Source of the DNA: a virus
Lineage: Duplodnaviria; Heunggongvirae; Uroviricota; Caudoviricetes
IMG/VR virus record: IMGVR_UViG_3300018481_000002
Span: 1-23,198 of that record
Direction: 5' to 3' (one strand)
DNA: 23,198 bases
Under the pieces are notes generated by a model. It was given only the letters and a program-made list of their open reading frames with translations. It was not told the DNA's origin and did not search any database. Each line of letters starts with the position of its first letter. The first letter of the stretch is position 1. A program made the translations under genes and the position numbers. Below are positions 15,745 through 23,180 of the stretch, one piece after another.

Positions 15745-16012
15745 CCCACTCCCTCCGCAACTCCTCCAGGAACAGTCGGTCGTACACACCTGGGTAGAGG
15801 TTCTTCAGACGTGTCAATGCACGTCCCCGGGCCTTCAGCTGCCTGTTCCTGGTGCTCATCGAAGGTGGGTTCCTGGCGTGATACTCCCGCAAGTAGTCGT
15901 TCCAGGCGTCCTTGCACTTCCGACAGGCTGTCTCCCCTCGGTGCCTGTGAGCGGAGTATCCACCAGTGGTGCCGTGGTTGATCGGCTTAGTTGTTTTCGT
16001 CTTCGTCGCCAC
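15725..16012 (-). CDS. Small basic protein with an HGT..GY..H...C..C Zn motif
   Basis: 'INHGTTGGYSAHRHRGETACRKCKDAW'. Confidence 0.75.
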   Translation of the reverse strand: MATKTKTTKPINHGTTGGYSAHRHRGETACRKCKDAWNDYLREYHARNPPSMSTRNRQLKARGRALTRLKNLYPGVYDRLFLEELRREWDDNPSE

Positions 16013-16991
16013 TGTTGTCGCCTCTCGTGAGCTGGCTGATGAGCGGGTTGATCACCTTGTCGTGGGACTCCTTCAACTTGGGGTCGTTGACCCTGGAGTA
16101 AGCCATGGTCTGCGCCCTCTGTGTGTGGCCCATCATCTTCATGATCCGTTCCACCGGCACGTCGTTGTCGAGCATTTTTGTCCCGAACGAATCACGCAGC
16201 CGGTGTGGGTTGATAGTCACCCCGGCACGCTGGCCGAGTTCAGTCACGATCTTCCGGACCATGTCTTCGCTCAGGGTCTGCCCGTTGGAGTCGATGAACA
16301 GGGAATCCTGGCCCGGTAGGGCCTTCTTCGCCCGCTGGATCAGCCAACGGTTGACGACCTGCTTCATCTCGTCCGCGTAGGGCAACACCTTGGTGCCACC
16401 ACCCTTGTTGCGGGCGGTCACGAACTCCTGACGCATGTCCATACCTGTGACAGTGAGCGCCCGGAGTTCGTGGATCCTCAGCCCCCACCCGTACAGCAGG
16501 ACCAGGATGGCCTCGCGACGGTGGTAGAAGAACGGGGAGATCGAGAACGCTGTCCGACGATGTGCATCGAACAGCGCCGCGATCTCCTCATCCTCCAACG
16601 GCTTCGGAACCTTCTTCGAGTAGCCGATGCGGATACGCACCCAAGGGTTCCTAGTGATGTGCTCGACCTCAGCGAGCCAGTTGATCCAGGTCCGGATGTA
16701 CTTCATGGTCTGCTGCCGGTAGGACAGAGCCAACGGTTGGCCGTCTGCCTTGGTCGCATTCAGGAGGTACGCCTGGAACCTGAGGATGTGTGCGCGTTCC
16801 ATCTCCTCTGGGTGCTTGATGTTCTCGGACTCCGCGAACATCGCGAAGTGTGCGAGCCCAACCTTGCAGGCCTTGATGTACCCGTCGCTGACCCCGTCGA
16901 CTGCGAGGTTGTCGAGGTACTCCTGCATGTGCGGGAGGGGCTTCCAAGGCAGCGCCTTCGGTGACTTGCCCCCGAACAGGGGCTTAGGCAC
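15987..16991 (-). CDS. Tyrosine recombinase (XerC/D- or Cre-like, no arm-binding domain)
   Basis: The catalytic set is present: R (GLRIHEL), K (RNKGG), HxxR (PHRLR), H (MMGH), Y (TMAY). A core-binding-like helical domain starts near the N-terminus. Confidence 0.92.
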   Translation of the reverse strand: MPKPLFGGKSPKALPWKPLPHMQEYLDNLAVDGVSDGYIKACKVGLAHFAMFAESENIKHPEEMERAHILRFQAYLLNATKADGQPLALSYRQQTMKYIRTWINWLAEVEHITRNPWVRIRIGYSKKVPKPLEDEEIAALFDAHRRTAFSISPFFYHRREAILVLLYGWGLRIHELRALTVTGMDMRQEFVTARNKGGGTKVLPYADEMKQVVNRWLIQRAKKALPGQDSLFIDSNGQTLSEDMVRKIVTELGQRAGVTINPHRLRDSFGTKMLDNDVPVERIMKMMGHTQRAQTMAYSRVNDPKLKESHDKVINPLISQLTRGDNSGDEDENN

Positions 16992-17218
16992 TACTCCTCC
17001 TTGCGCGGAGGCTCAGGGATCTCCAGCGTGAAACCGCCATCTTCCTTGTGAGTGATCCGCGCTCCAGTAGCAGGGTCCACGAAGGTTCCGTCGACAGCGA
17101 GTGCCGTCTCGACCTCCTTGTGCCTCTTCTCCACCTCAGCCATGAACTCGGGGTCTTCCAGGGCACCCATCAGGAGCTTGGTGATCTCCGCGATGGTTGG
17201 CCCCTGGCCCTCGGACAT
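16991..17218 (-). CDS. Hypothetical protein (75 aa)
   Basis: MSEGQGPTIAEITKLL..., starting at ATG 17218. The longer track ORF (to 17581) is a shadow overlapping the next gene. Confidence 0.65.
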   Translation of the reverse strand: MSEGQGPTIAEITKLLMGALEDPEFMAEVEKRHKEVETALAVDGTFVDPATGARITHKEDGGFTLEIPEPPRKEE

Positions 17219-17219
17219 G

Positions 17220-17708
17220 TCAGCGCCCAGAGTTGCGGGCGGACCCGGCGAGCTTCTCCAGGGCGCGGCGGTACTGCTCCTCCTGGACGATGTTCTTCGG
17301 CTTGACACCACGCGGGACACCCTTGATCTGGTAGCCCTGCGGGTACTCGTAGACCTGGCGGGTCTTGTCGAGACCGAACCCGCTGTGGCTGTAGAGCTCC
17401 TTGCGGCGGGTCTCGCAGCGTATGCACACGAGGACTCGGGTGATCTGCTGGATGCCCTTGAACGCGGCGACGTGGAAGTCGGTGTGGACCTTCCAGGCGT
17501 GACGCATGTCGCGGCAGTCGAGCCAGGCGTCGGAGATCCCGACGATGGCGGAGGCGAGCTTGGCGGCTGCCTTCGCGTCACGCTGGTACCGACGGGGTGT
17601 AGCAGCCTTCTTGATCGCCGGAAGCGACGTCATGTCAGGCGTTGCAGCGACCGTCCGCTTGGCGGGACGGCTCGATGCGGTACGACGGGTACGAGTTGCT
17701 GTAGCCAC
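17220..17708 (-). CDS. Actinophage-type Zn-binding hypothetical protein with a basic N-terminal tail
   Basis: 'WLDCRDMRHAW...RVLVCIRCETRR...YEYPQGY'. GTG 17708 follows an AG-rich RBS. Confidence 0.75.
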   Translation of the reverse strand: MATATRTRRTASSRPAKRTVAATPDMTSLPAIKKAATPRRYQRDAKAAAKLASAIVGISDAWLDCRDMRHAWKVHTDFHVAAFKGIQQITRVLVCIRCETRRKELYSHSGFGLDKTRQVYEYPQGYQIKGVPRGVKPKNIVQEEQYRRALEKLAGSARNSGR

Positions 17709-17722
17709 TGTGTTCTCTTTCT

Positions 17723-18073
17723 CTAGGTGAGTGCTTTGTAGGTCGTGCATCCTGAACGGAATGCCTGGTGGACTATGCGGATCTGCTCGCGTCCGGCGAG
17801 CTTCGCCGCTTCCTTGTTGGGGCTGGCGTCCAACCAGGCGGACACGACCAGATCTTGTTCAAGTTCCATGAGGGCACGCTGTAGGAGCGCGTCCCACTTC
17901 TCTTGGAGGATCAGGTCGTGACAGGTGTTGCAGACGTACCAAACTTCGTCTTGGTACCAGGGAACGTCGTGTTCGCGGGCCTCCTCGATGGAGGGGTACT
18001 GGTTCGGCGTGGTCCATGCCCAGAAGGGGTGTGGCCTGCCACATAGGTCGCAGGTGCCGAACTCGCTGCTCAA
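17723..18073 (-). CDS. Hypothetical protein with two CxxC motifs
   Basis: CDLC and CNTC; aaggag RBS before TTG 18073. Confidence 0.7.
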   Translation of the reverse strand: MSSEFGTCDLCGRPHPFWAWTTPNQYPSIEEAREHDVPWYQDEVWYVCNTCHDLILQEKWDALLQRALMELEQDLVVSAWLDASPNKEAAKLAGREQIRIVHQAFRSGCTTYKALT

Positions 18074-18111
18074 CGGGCTCCTTGGGATACGTGACGGTGG
18101 GACATGTGAGG

Positions 18112-18141
18112 AACTCTAACCAGACAACACCCGCCTCGTCT
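18112..18141 (-). promoter_or_regulatory. Possible housekeeping-sigma promoter
   Basis: The minus strand reads TAGACG-N18-TAGAGT at the start of the intergenic gap upstream of the 18073 gene. Confidence 0.3.
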
Positions 18142-18547
18142 ATATGTTCGTTCGATTTTTCTTGTGTTGGAGCTTCTCGATCGTCTTGATTGCACGCTCA
18201 TCCGGGTCCTTGACCCCGCTTAGACCATGCTCAGCAGCCTCCTTGCCTGTACCAAACAAAGGAACAGGCGACACGTACGCATGCGTCGCATCAAGGTCCT
18301 CAGGCGTCATGTGACCAAACGCAGCGGACAGGCGGAGCCCAAGGTTCTGCCCCATGTCGTGACACCCCACCCACCCCGAGCACAGGTGCCCGTTGTTCTG
18401 GTGGCAGCCGAACACTCTCGTCGGCTGGTCGGGGGTGTCGTTGTCGTATGCCGGGAGGCGCTCGTACTCCTCCTCATGCCAGACGCCGCTGGGTACGTCG
18501 CGCCGGTACGGACAAGAACCACACGGGTTCTTCGCCGGAGCCTTCAC
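18140..18547 (-). CDS. DUF6283-like Cys/His-rich protein
   Basis: 'PCGSCPYRRDVPSGVW..EEY..L..YD..T..QP...F.CHQ...LCSGW'. GTG 18547 overlaps the upstream stop (GTGA). Confidence 0.75.
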   Translation of the reverse strand: MKAPAKNPCGSCPYRRDVPSGVWHEEEYERLPAYDNDTPDQPTRVFGCHQNNGHLCSGWVGCHDMGQNLGLRLSAAFGHMTPEDLDATHAYVSPVPLFGTGKEAAEHGLSGVKDPDERAIKTIEKLQHKKNRTNI

Positions 18548-19011
18548 CAGCGCACTTCCGCATTCAGCCACTTGTCCAAAGTGTCACGCAGTCGCTGCAC
18601 CTGAGCCCGGTCCAACACCACATCAGCCTGTCCGGAGAGCATGCCGTGGTAGGTCGACGGGTCTTCACCTACAGAGAGGCGCAAATAGTCGACCAACTCC
18701 CCCGAGTCGTCGATGTTTCCCCGCGCGTCGGGGTGACAGTGGTCTGGGATGGCGGACGCCATGACGTACCCACCCCTGGTGTCGTCCTCGGAGGGGTTCA
18801 CGTGACTCCCCTGGTACACGTAGGGGGCCTTGTCCTCAGGGGAACAGGTGCAAGGCTTGCTCGCATCGAAGTCCCACCAGGCTTCATCTTCCAAGGTGAA
18901 AGCTTCGGGGGAAGACCTAGGTCCCCCTTCTGGTCGTCGGGTCCAGCGATCGCATGTCCCTGGTTCATGATTGTCGTCGTCTATGTGCAGCCAGGTGCTG
19001 TAGATACTCAC
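18544..19011 (-). CDS. Hypothetical protein (~155 aa)
   Basis: GTG 19011 overlaps the upstream TGA; continuous frame to 18544. Confidence 0.7.
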   Translation of the reverse strand: MSIYSTWLHIDDDNHEPGTCDRWTRRPEGGPRSSPEAFTLEDEAWWDFDASKPCTCSPEDKAPYVYQGSHVNPSEDDTRGGYVMASAIPDHCHPDARGNIDDSGELVDYLRLSVGEDPSTYHGMLSGQADVVLDRAQVQRLRDTLDKWLNAEVRW

Positions 19012-19295
19012 GGTTCTACCGGGTAGACGGGGTACACAGTGACCTCCCAAGGGGTGTCGTGTTCACCCAGATTTCTGTTGACGGACTCGTTGTGCGTGTC
19101 GGCCCACTCGAACGCCTCGACCATGTTCAGGAAGGGGCCGTTGAAGTAGTGGCGGTCGATGTCACGGTCGTAGGTGTTCACGATCCACGCCGACGCGTTC
19201 TCCGTCTCCGCGTAGTCCTGTTGGGCGACCAAGTCGTTCAACCAGTTCCTCGCGAACTCCATACGACGGTTGTGGTCCTCCTCAGGGGTTGTCAC
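19008..19295 (-). CDS. Hypothetical protein (~95 aa)
   Basis: ggag RBS before GTG 19295; coupled to the downstream gene. Confidence 0.7.
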   Translation of the reverse strand: MTTPEEDHNRRMEFARNWLNDLVAQQDYAETENASAWIVNTYDRDIDRHYFNGPFLNMVEAFEWADTHNESVNRNLGEHDTPWEVTVYPVYPVEP

Positions 19296-19581
19296 GGCGG
19301 TGTCTCCACTCCTTGTGGGCGATGCGGTGAGCATTCCGACAGTCGTCGCATGAACAGCTGTAGTTGTTGTAGCCGTTCTCGGTGCCGTGAGGGATTAGAT
19401 CCCAAGGGGTCATCGCGAGCCGGTCACGGTACTCGGCTTGCCGGTCGCTGTTGGCTCTTGAACATCGTGTGCAACGGCAGCCAAGGTTGGTGTATCCGTT
19501 GTTGGTGCCGTGCCTCGGGTCGGTCTTGTCCGCTCTGAACAGTTGCTTGGTCAGCTCATAGCTGTGGCTACGCTTCGCCAT
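19282..19581 (-). CDS. Protein with two HGT..GY...CxCxxC Zn motifs
   Basis: 'RHGTNNGYTNLGCRCTRC' and 'PHGTENGYNNYSCSCDDC'. Confidence 0.8.
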   Translation of the reverse strand: MAKRSHSYELTKQLFRADKTDPRHGTNNGYTNLGCRCTRCSRANSDRQAEYRDRLAMTPWDLIPHGTENGYNNYSCSCDDCRNAHRIAHKEWRHRRDNP

Positions 19582-19792
19582 CCTTCAACTCCCATCGACT
19601 GATCAGGTACTCCCTGGTGGCGAAGCCGTTTGAGTTCTTCTTCGCCTTCCACCAAGGACCATCGGTCTTCTGTCCACCCTCTGTCCAGGTCACCGGGCCG
19701 AGAGCAGCCTGCGCAAGTTCCAACTTGCCGAAGACACCCAGAAGCTCGCCCGTGTCGTACGGAATTATCTCTTCAAGGACGTAGACGTACAT
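19568..19792 (-). CDS. Small phage hypothetical protein
   Basis: aggag RBS; 'MYVYVLEE...ELLGVFGKLELAQ...EYLISRWEL' pattern. Confidence 0.75.
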   Translation of the reverse strand: MYVYVLEEIIPYDTGELLGVFGKLELAQAALGPVTWTEGGQKTDGPWWKAKKNSNGFATREYLISRWELKDGEA

Positions 19793-19809
19793 GGTTTCTC
19801 CTATCTACA

Positions 19810-19926
19810 CGCGGCGCGGGCGCAGGTACTAGCTCGCCGCATCCCAGGGCCAGAAAGGTCAAGGAACCCCGGGCGGGGTCATGGCGGTCCTTCGGATCAT
19901 GCCCTTCCGTTGACGCCCGCGCCGCG
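19810..19926. ncRNA. Candidate 117-nt structured RNA closed by a perfect 13-bp stem
   Basis: cgcggcgcgggcg (19810-19822) pairs with cgcccgcgccgcg (19914-19926), with nested internal stems. The element fills the gap from just after the upstream stop (19931-19933) to just before the next RBS. Confidence 0.55.
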
Positions 19927-19930
19927 CTGC

Positions 19931-20215
19931 TTACTGGGTTATCCCCAGGCTGGTCATGACGTCTGCGATCTCTTCATCGGTGGGTGGAGGACATTCGAGG
20001 TCGATCTCCACCACGTACCAGGTGTTTCCGGACTCGACGCCCTTGCACCTCCAGATCAAAGGAGGCTGGCCATCGAACCGCTCCGTCAGTTCGATCAGTT
20101 CAACCACTTCGCCGGTCTCGAATCGGTGCTGCCAGTCGGCCTTGTCACCCGTCACGATGACGTGATCGCCAACCTTGAACCCCTTCTTCGACACTTGCTG
20201 AACTTGCTGAGTCAT
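19931..20215 (-). CDS. SH3/KOW-like small protein, paralog A
   Basis: 'FKVGDHVIVTGD...HRFETGEVVEL...W...WYVVEIDL...PPTDEEIADV'. Confidence 0.75.
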   Translation of the reverse strand: MTQQVQQVSKKGFKVGDHVIVTGDKADWQHRFETGEVVELIELTERFDGQPPLIWRCKGVESGNTWYVVEIDLECPPPTDEEIADVMTSLGITQ

Positions 20216-20217
20216 CG

Positions 20218-20523
20218 TCAACTCCCTCCACGAATGCTTGCCAACACCTCGGCGATCTCATCGTCAGTCGGTGGAACCCATGCGTGTTTCAGATCCTGCT
20301 CGGCCACGTACCAGGAGCGGTCATGGTCCAGCGTTAAGGCCTCCCAGATGACGAGAGTTTCCTCGTGCCCGTGACTTTCCAGGATCGGGTTTTGAAGCTC
20401 CACCTCAACACCAGGCTCGTAGTTGTGACCCCAACGTGCGGTGTCACCAGTGACGATCGCGGTGTCGTGCTCCTGGAAGTTGCTGACCTCTAAAGCTTCG
20501 AAGTGGGTTCTGCTCTTGGACAT
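20218..20523 (-). CDS. SH3/KOW-like small protein, paralog B
   Basis: 'FQEHDTAIVTGD...HNYEPGVEVEL...W...WYVAEQDL...PPTDDEIAEV'. Confidence 0.75.
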   Translation of the reverse strand: MSKSRTHFEALEVSNFQEHDTAIVTGDTARWGHNYEPGVEVELQNPILESHGHEETLVIWEALTLDHDRSWYVAEQDLKHAWVPPTDDEIAEVLASIRGGS

Positions 20524-20678
20524 GACTTGCTCCTAGCGATCCGCTTCTCCAACGTCTTCTTCGAGACGCCCATCCGCTTGGCGATCTGAGCCAGCGAGAG
20601 GCCGCTCCCCCGGAGGAACTCAAGGTTCTCCAAGAAAGCGGCCTCTCTGTGGCTGGACCAGTCAGGCTGAGCCGTCAC
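20490..20678 (-). CDS. Small HTH DNA-binding protein
   Basis: 'GSGLSLAQIAKRMGVSKKTLEKRI'; probable start at GTG 20678. Confidence 0.7.
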   Translation of the reverse strand: MTAQPDWSSHREAAFLENLEFLRGSGLSLAQIAKRMGVSKKTLEKRIARSKSCPRAEPTSKL

Positions 20679-20868
20679 TGGACGACATCTCAGCGACCTT
20701 CTCCGGCTCCACGGCCTCTTTGACCTCCAGGATGGTCCCGTAGGAGGCAAGCAACCGCTTGACCTCCTCCATCTCCCCTTGGTCAACCGCGAGCTTCGTG
20801 AGTCGGCTTACCTCACGGTCGAACTGCTTCCACCAGCCTTCACTGGCCGGTCTCACTTGGCGTGTCAT
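20662..20868 (-). CDS. Hypothetical protein (68 aa)
   Basis: aaggag RBS; ATGA overlap with the upstream gene. Confidence 0.7.
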   Translation of the reverse strand: MTRQVRPASEGWWKQFDREVSRLTKLAVDQGEMEEVKRLLASYGTILEVKEAVEPEKVAEMSSSDGSA

Positions 20869-21173
20869 GACTCCTCCTTCTCGATCTTCGTGATTATGGA
20901 CGATCGTCTGAACCTCTCGAACAGGTCCGGCATCTCCGGGTCGTCGAACCAGATAAACGATTGCCCGCCTATCTCAGGCCATTTTTCAACCCGTGTGATC
21001 GGATGAGGTCGACCGTCGTACAGGAATGGCCCGGCATGACTGTCCGGTCCAGGCCTGCGTTCGTACGTCATGGCGTCCAGGTCCCACAGGTGGGTGCTTC
21101 CTTGGGTGGTCACCAACCATCTGCCGGTCATGTCCTCCGTCAGACGTTCAACCGTTGCCACGTCAGGCGACAT
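20865..21173 (-). CDS. Actinophage-type hypothetical protein
   Basis: 'GRWLVTTQGSTHLWDLDAMTYERRPG...DG...G...SSIITKIE'; ggag RBS. Confidence 0.75.
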   Translation of the reverse strand: MSPDVATVERLTEDMTGRWLVTTQGSTHLWDLDAMTYERRPGPDSHAGPFLYDGRPHPITRVEKWPEIGGQSFIWFDDPEMPDLFERFRRSSIITKIEKEES

Positions 21174-22332
21174 CGGTAACTCCCTTCCCTACAGAGATGA
21201 ACTCCTCCGCCCGAGCAATCCCAGACGGAGTCAGACGACGACCCCGAGGGGTCCGGTCAACCAGCCCGCGTTCCACCAGGAAACGCTCCACCCGACCGAT
21301 GCCCTGCTTGGTCTCACGCAGGATCTGCTGGATCGCAGCCTCACCCACGATGTACTCCACGCTGCCGTCCTTGGTCTCACGACCGAAGTACTGACGCATC
21401 GCAGTCAGGTAGTGGATGTGCGTCCTGGTCAACCCATCCGGCTCCACCTCCAAGAACTCCAACAGTTCATCGGGTGTCGGGTTTCGCTTCAACGCCTTCG
21501 CCATCGCACGGCACGCCAGCACCATCTCCTCGATGATGCGAGGTGTCCCACGGCAAGCGTCAGCGATCGCGAACGCCGTCCGGTCCTCCACTTCAGCTAG
21601 GGCCCGGTGCCGGTCCGCGAAGGTGATCGCGATCCGACCCAGGTCCGTCAAGGAGTACGCCCCGAAGTACGGCTTGATCTTGAACCGGTCCAACACGGTG
21701 TCAGGGAGCGTGTCCTTGTCCGTGGTGGCACCGATGATCGTGATGTCGTCCAACGGAACCGCCTCCCCGTTGGGGAGGTACGCCACCCGGTCCTCCAACA
21801 CCTTGAGCAGGATCTCTGCCCCACGCTTCCCACTGTCGGCGAGCTTGTGGATCTCGTCGATGAACAGGATGTCCTTGTCGCGCAGCTGAGTGGCTGCCTC
21901 GACCAGCGTGTACATGTTGAACGGAGGAACCAGTTCGATGATCTTCACGCCCATGGTCTTGGCGATCAGACGTGCCATCGTGGTCTTGCCGACACCCGGA
22001 TACCCGGACGCCAACAGGATGTGCGGAAGAGCCTCGTCCATCTCCTTCGCCGCCTGGATGTACACCATCAACTGCCGCTTCAACGGCTCTTGGCCGATGT
22101 AGTCCTCCCAGTCGTCGGGCATCTGCACAGTGGCGAAGTCCAGGTGGTTGATCGGGGAGATCCCCGGCTGATCCTCATCACTGTGTACATGAACATCGAT
22201 CTGCGTCGGTTCTATGTTCTGGATCGCCCGCACGATCTGTGCGGCTTGGCGGTCCTGACCGTGCCGGAACAGGGCGTACCCGGTTCCGAGCATCATGGCG
22301 TCGGTTGCGTCGAACTCGTCAAAATCACTCAC
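21163..22332 (-). CDS. ruvB: RuvB-like Holliday-junction branch-migration AAA+ ATPase with an N-terminal extension
   Basis: 'DYIGQE', 'HILLASGYPGVGKTT' (Walker A), 'ILFIDEIHKL' (Walker B), 'IIGATT', 'DRF', 'RGTPR' (sensor 2) and the C-terminal winged helix 'ERFLVERGLVDRTPRGR'. Confidence 0.9.
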   Translation of the reverse strand: MSDFDEFDATDAMMLGTGYALFRHGQDRQAAQIVRAIQNIEPTQIDVHVHSDEDQPGISPINHLDFATVQMPDDWEDYIGQEPLKRQLMVYIQAAKEMDEALPHILLASGYPGVGKTTMARLIAKTMGVKIIELVPPFNMYTLVEAATQLRDKDILFIDEIHKLADSGKRGAEILLKVLEDRVAYLPNGEAVPLDDITIIGATTDKDTLPDTVLDRFKIKPYFGAYSLTDLGRIAITFADRHRALAEVEDRTAFAIADACRGTPRIIEEMVLACRAMAKALKRNPTPDELLEFLEVEPDGLTRTHIHYLTAMRQYFGRETKDGSVEYIVGEAAIQQILRETKQGIGRVERFLVERGLVDRTPRGRRLTPSGIARAEEFISVGKGVTDVA

Positions 22333-22362
22333 ATTGGCCTCCTTGGGCCTGAGTTACGCATC

Positions 22363-22956
22363 CTACTCCAGGATCTCGTCGAACACCGGTACTTCCTGCT
22401 CCGGTGCTCCCTCCACCAGCTCACCCAGACGGTTGCCGTGGGCTCGCATGATGCCCCGACGGTTCTCCTGATCCACACCCTCATGACGAGACGCGTAGTA
22501 GAAGACACCGTCGACCATCTGCCCGTTCTTCTTCGCCTTCTTCAACATCTTCGGGTCGAACATGTTCTCCGTCGTGTCATCACCGAGACCAACCTTCGTC
22601 TTCCGAACGAAGAAGAACCAGGTCGCCTCCACCCGTCGCGCCTCCTTGGCGAGACGAGTCAGATAGTCCCCGAGCGACTCGTGATCCTCCGGCGTATGCA
22701 ACCAGCAGGTGGTGGCGTTGGCCAGGACCGCGATCGGGTTGATCTCACCATCGGCTGCCAAGAAGGCGAACCGGGTGCTCTCGATGTGCCGCTCTACAAA
22801 CTCGGCGAACGCATCCTCCCCCACGTTGGGGGTTTGAACGTCCGTCGAAAACAGTCCAGCAAAATCGTCTGGTTCCAGCTCGTCGAAGATTCCGGAGAAC
22901 TCATCGTTGTCCATGTGTCTCCTCTCGTTGGCCTTGTGGGCCACGATCGACGTCAC
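22363..22956 (-). CDS. Hypothetical protein (197 aa, acidic N-terminus)
   Basis: Long ORF in the co-directional run. The start may be GTG 22956 (overlap) or the later ATG in MDNDEF, which follows a gaggag RBS. Confidence 0.75.
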   Translation of the reverse strand: MTSIVAHKANERRHMDNDEFSGIFDELEPDDFAGLFSTDVQTPNVGEDAFAEFVERHIESTRFAFLAADGEINPIAVLANATTCWLHTPEDHESLGDYLTRLAKEARRVEATWFFFVRKTKVGLGDDTTENMFDPKMLKKAKKNGQMVDGVFYYASRHEGVDQENRRGIMRAHGNRLGELVEGAPEQEVPVFDEILE

Positions 22957-23180
22957 TCGGGTGGAGCGACATCAACCTTCTTGCGACGTGCGTCCACCTG
23001 TCGGCGGGCAGCGTTGCTGAGTGTTCGGTGTAGCCAAAGCATCACTGGCGTGTCCCCCGCTGCTTCCTCGAACAGTGAAGCCTCATCCCCATCAAAGCGC
23101 AGGCGAAGACGGACAGATCCGTCATCCTCCCGGGCGAAGAAGTTGGGGGAGTGCTTCTTCCTGGGCTTCGCTTCAGTCAT
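22953..23180 (-). CDS. Small possible ribbon-helix-helix DNA-binding protein
   Basis: A strand 'SVRLRLRF' followed by two helices 'DGDEASLFEEAAG' and 'PVMLWLHRTLSNAARRQ'; gagga RBS. Confidence 0.6.
   Translation of the reverse strand: MTEAKPRKKHSPNFFAREDDGSVRLRLRFDGDEASLFEEAAGDTPVMLWLHRTLSNAARRQVDARRKKVDVAPPE

Noticed and set aside
15721-22335. Further cactcac 7-mers as extra copies of the 15-bp repeat
   Set aside because: They fall in gene termini or start codons (e.g. GTG AGT at the RuvB start) and are too short to be significant.
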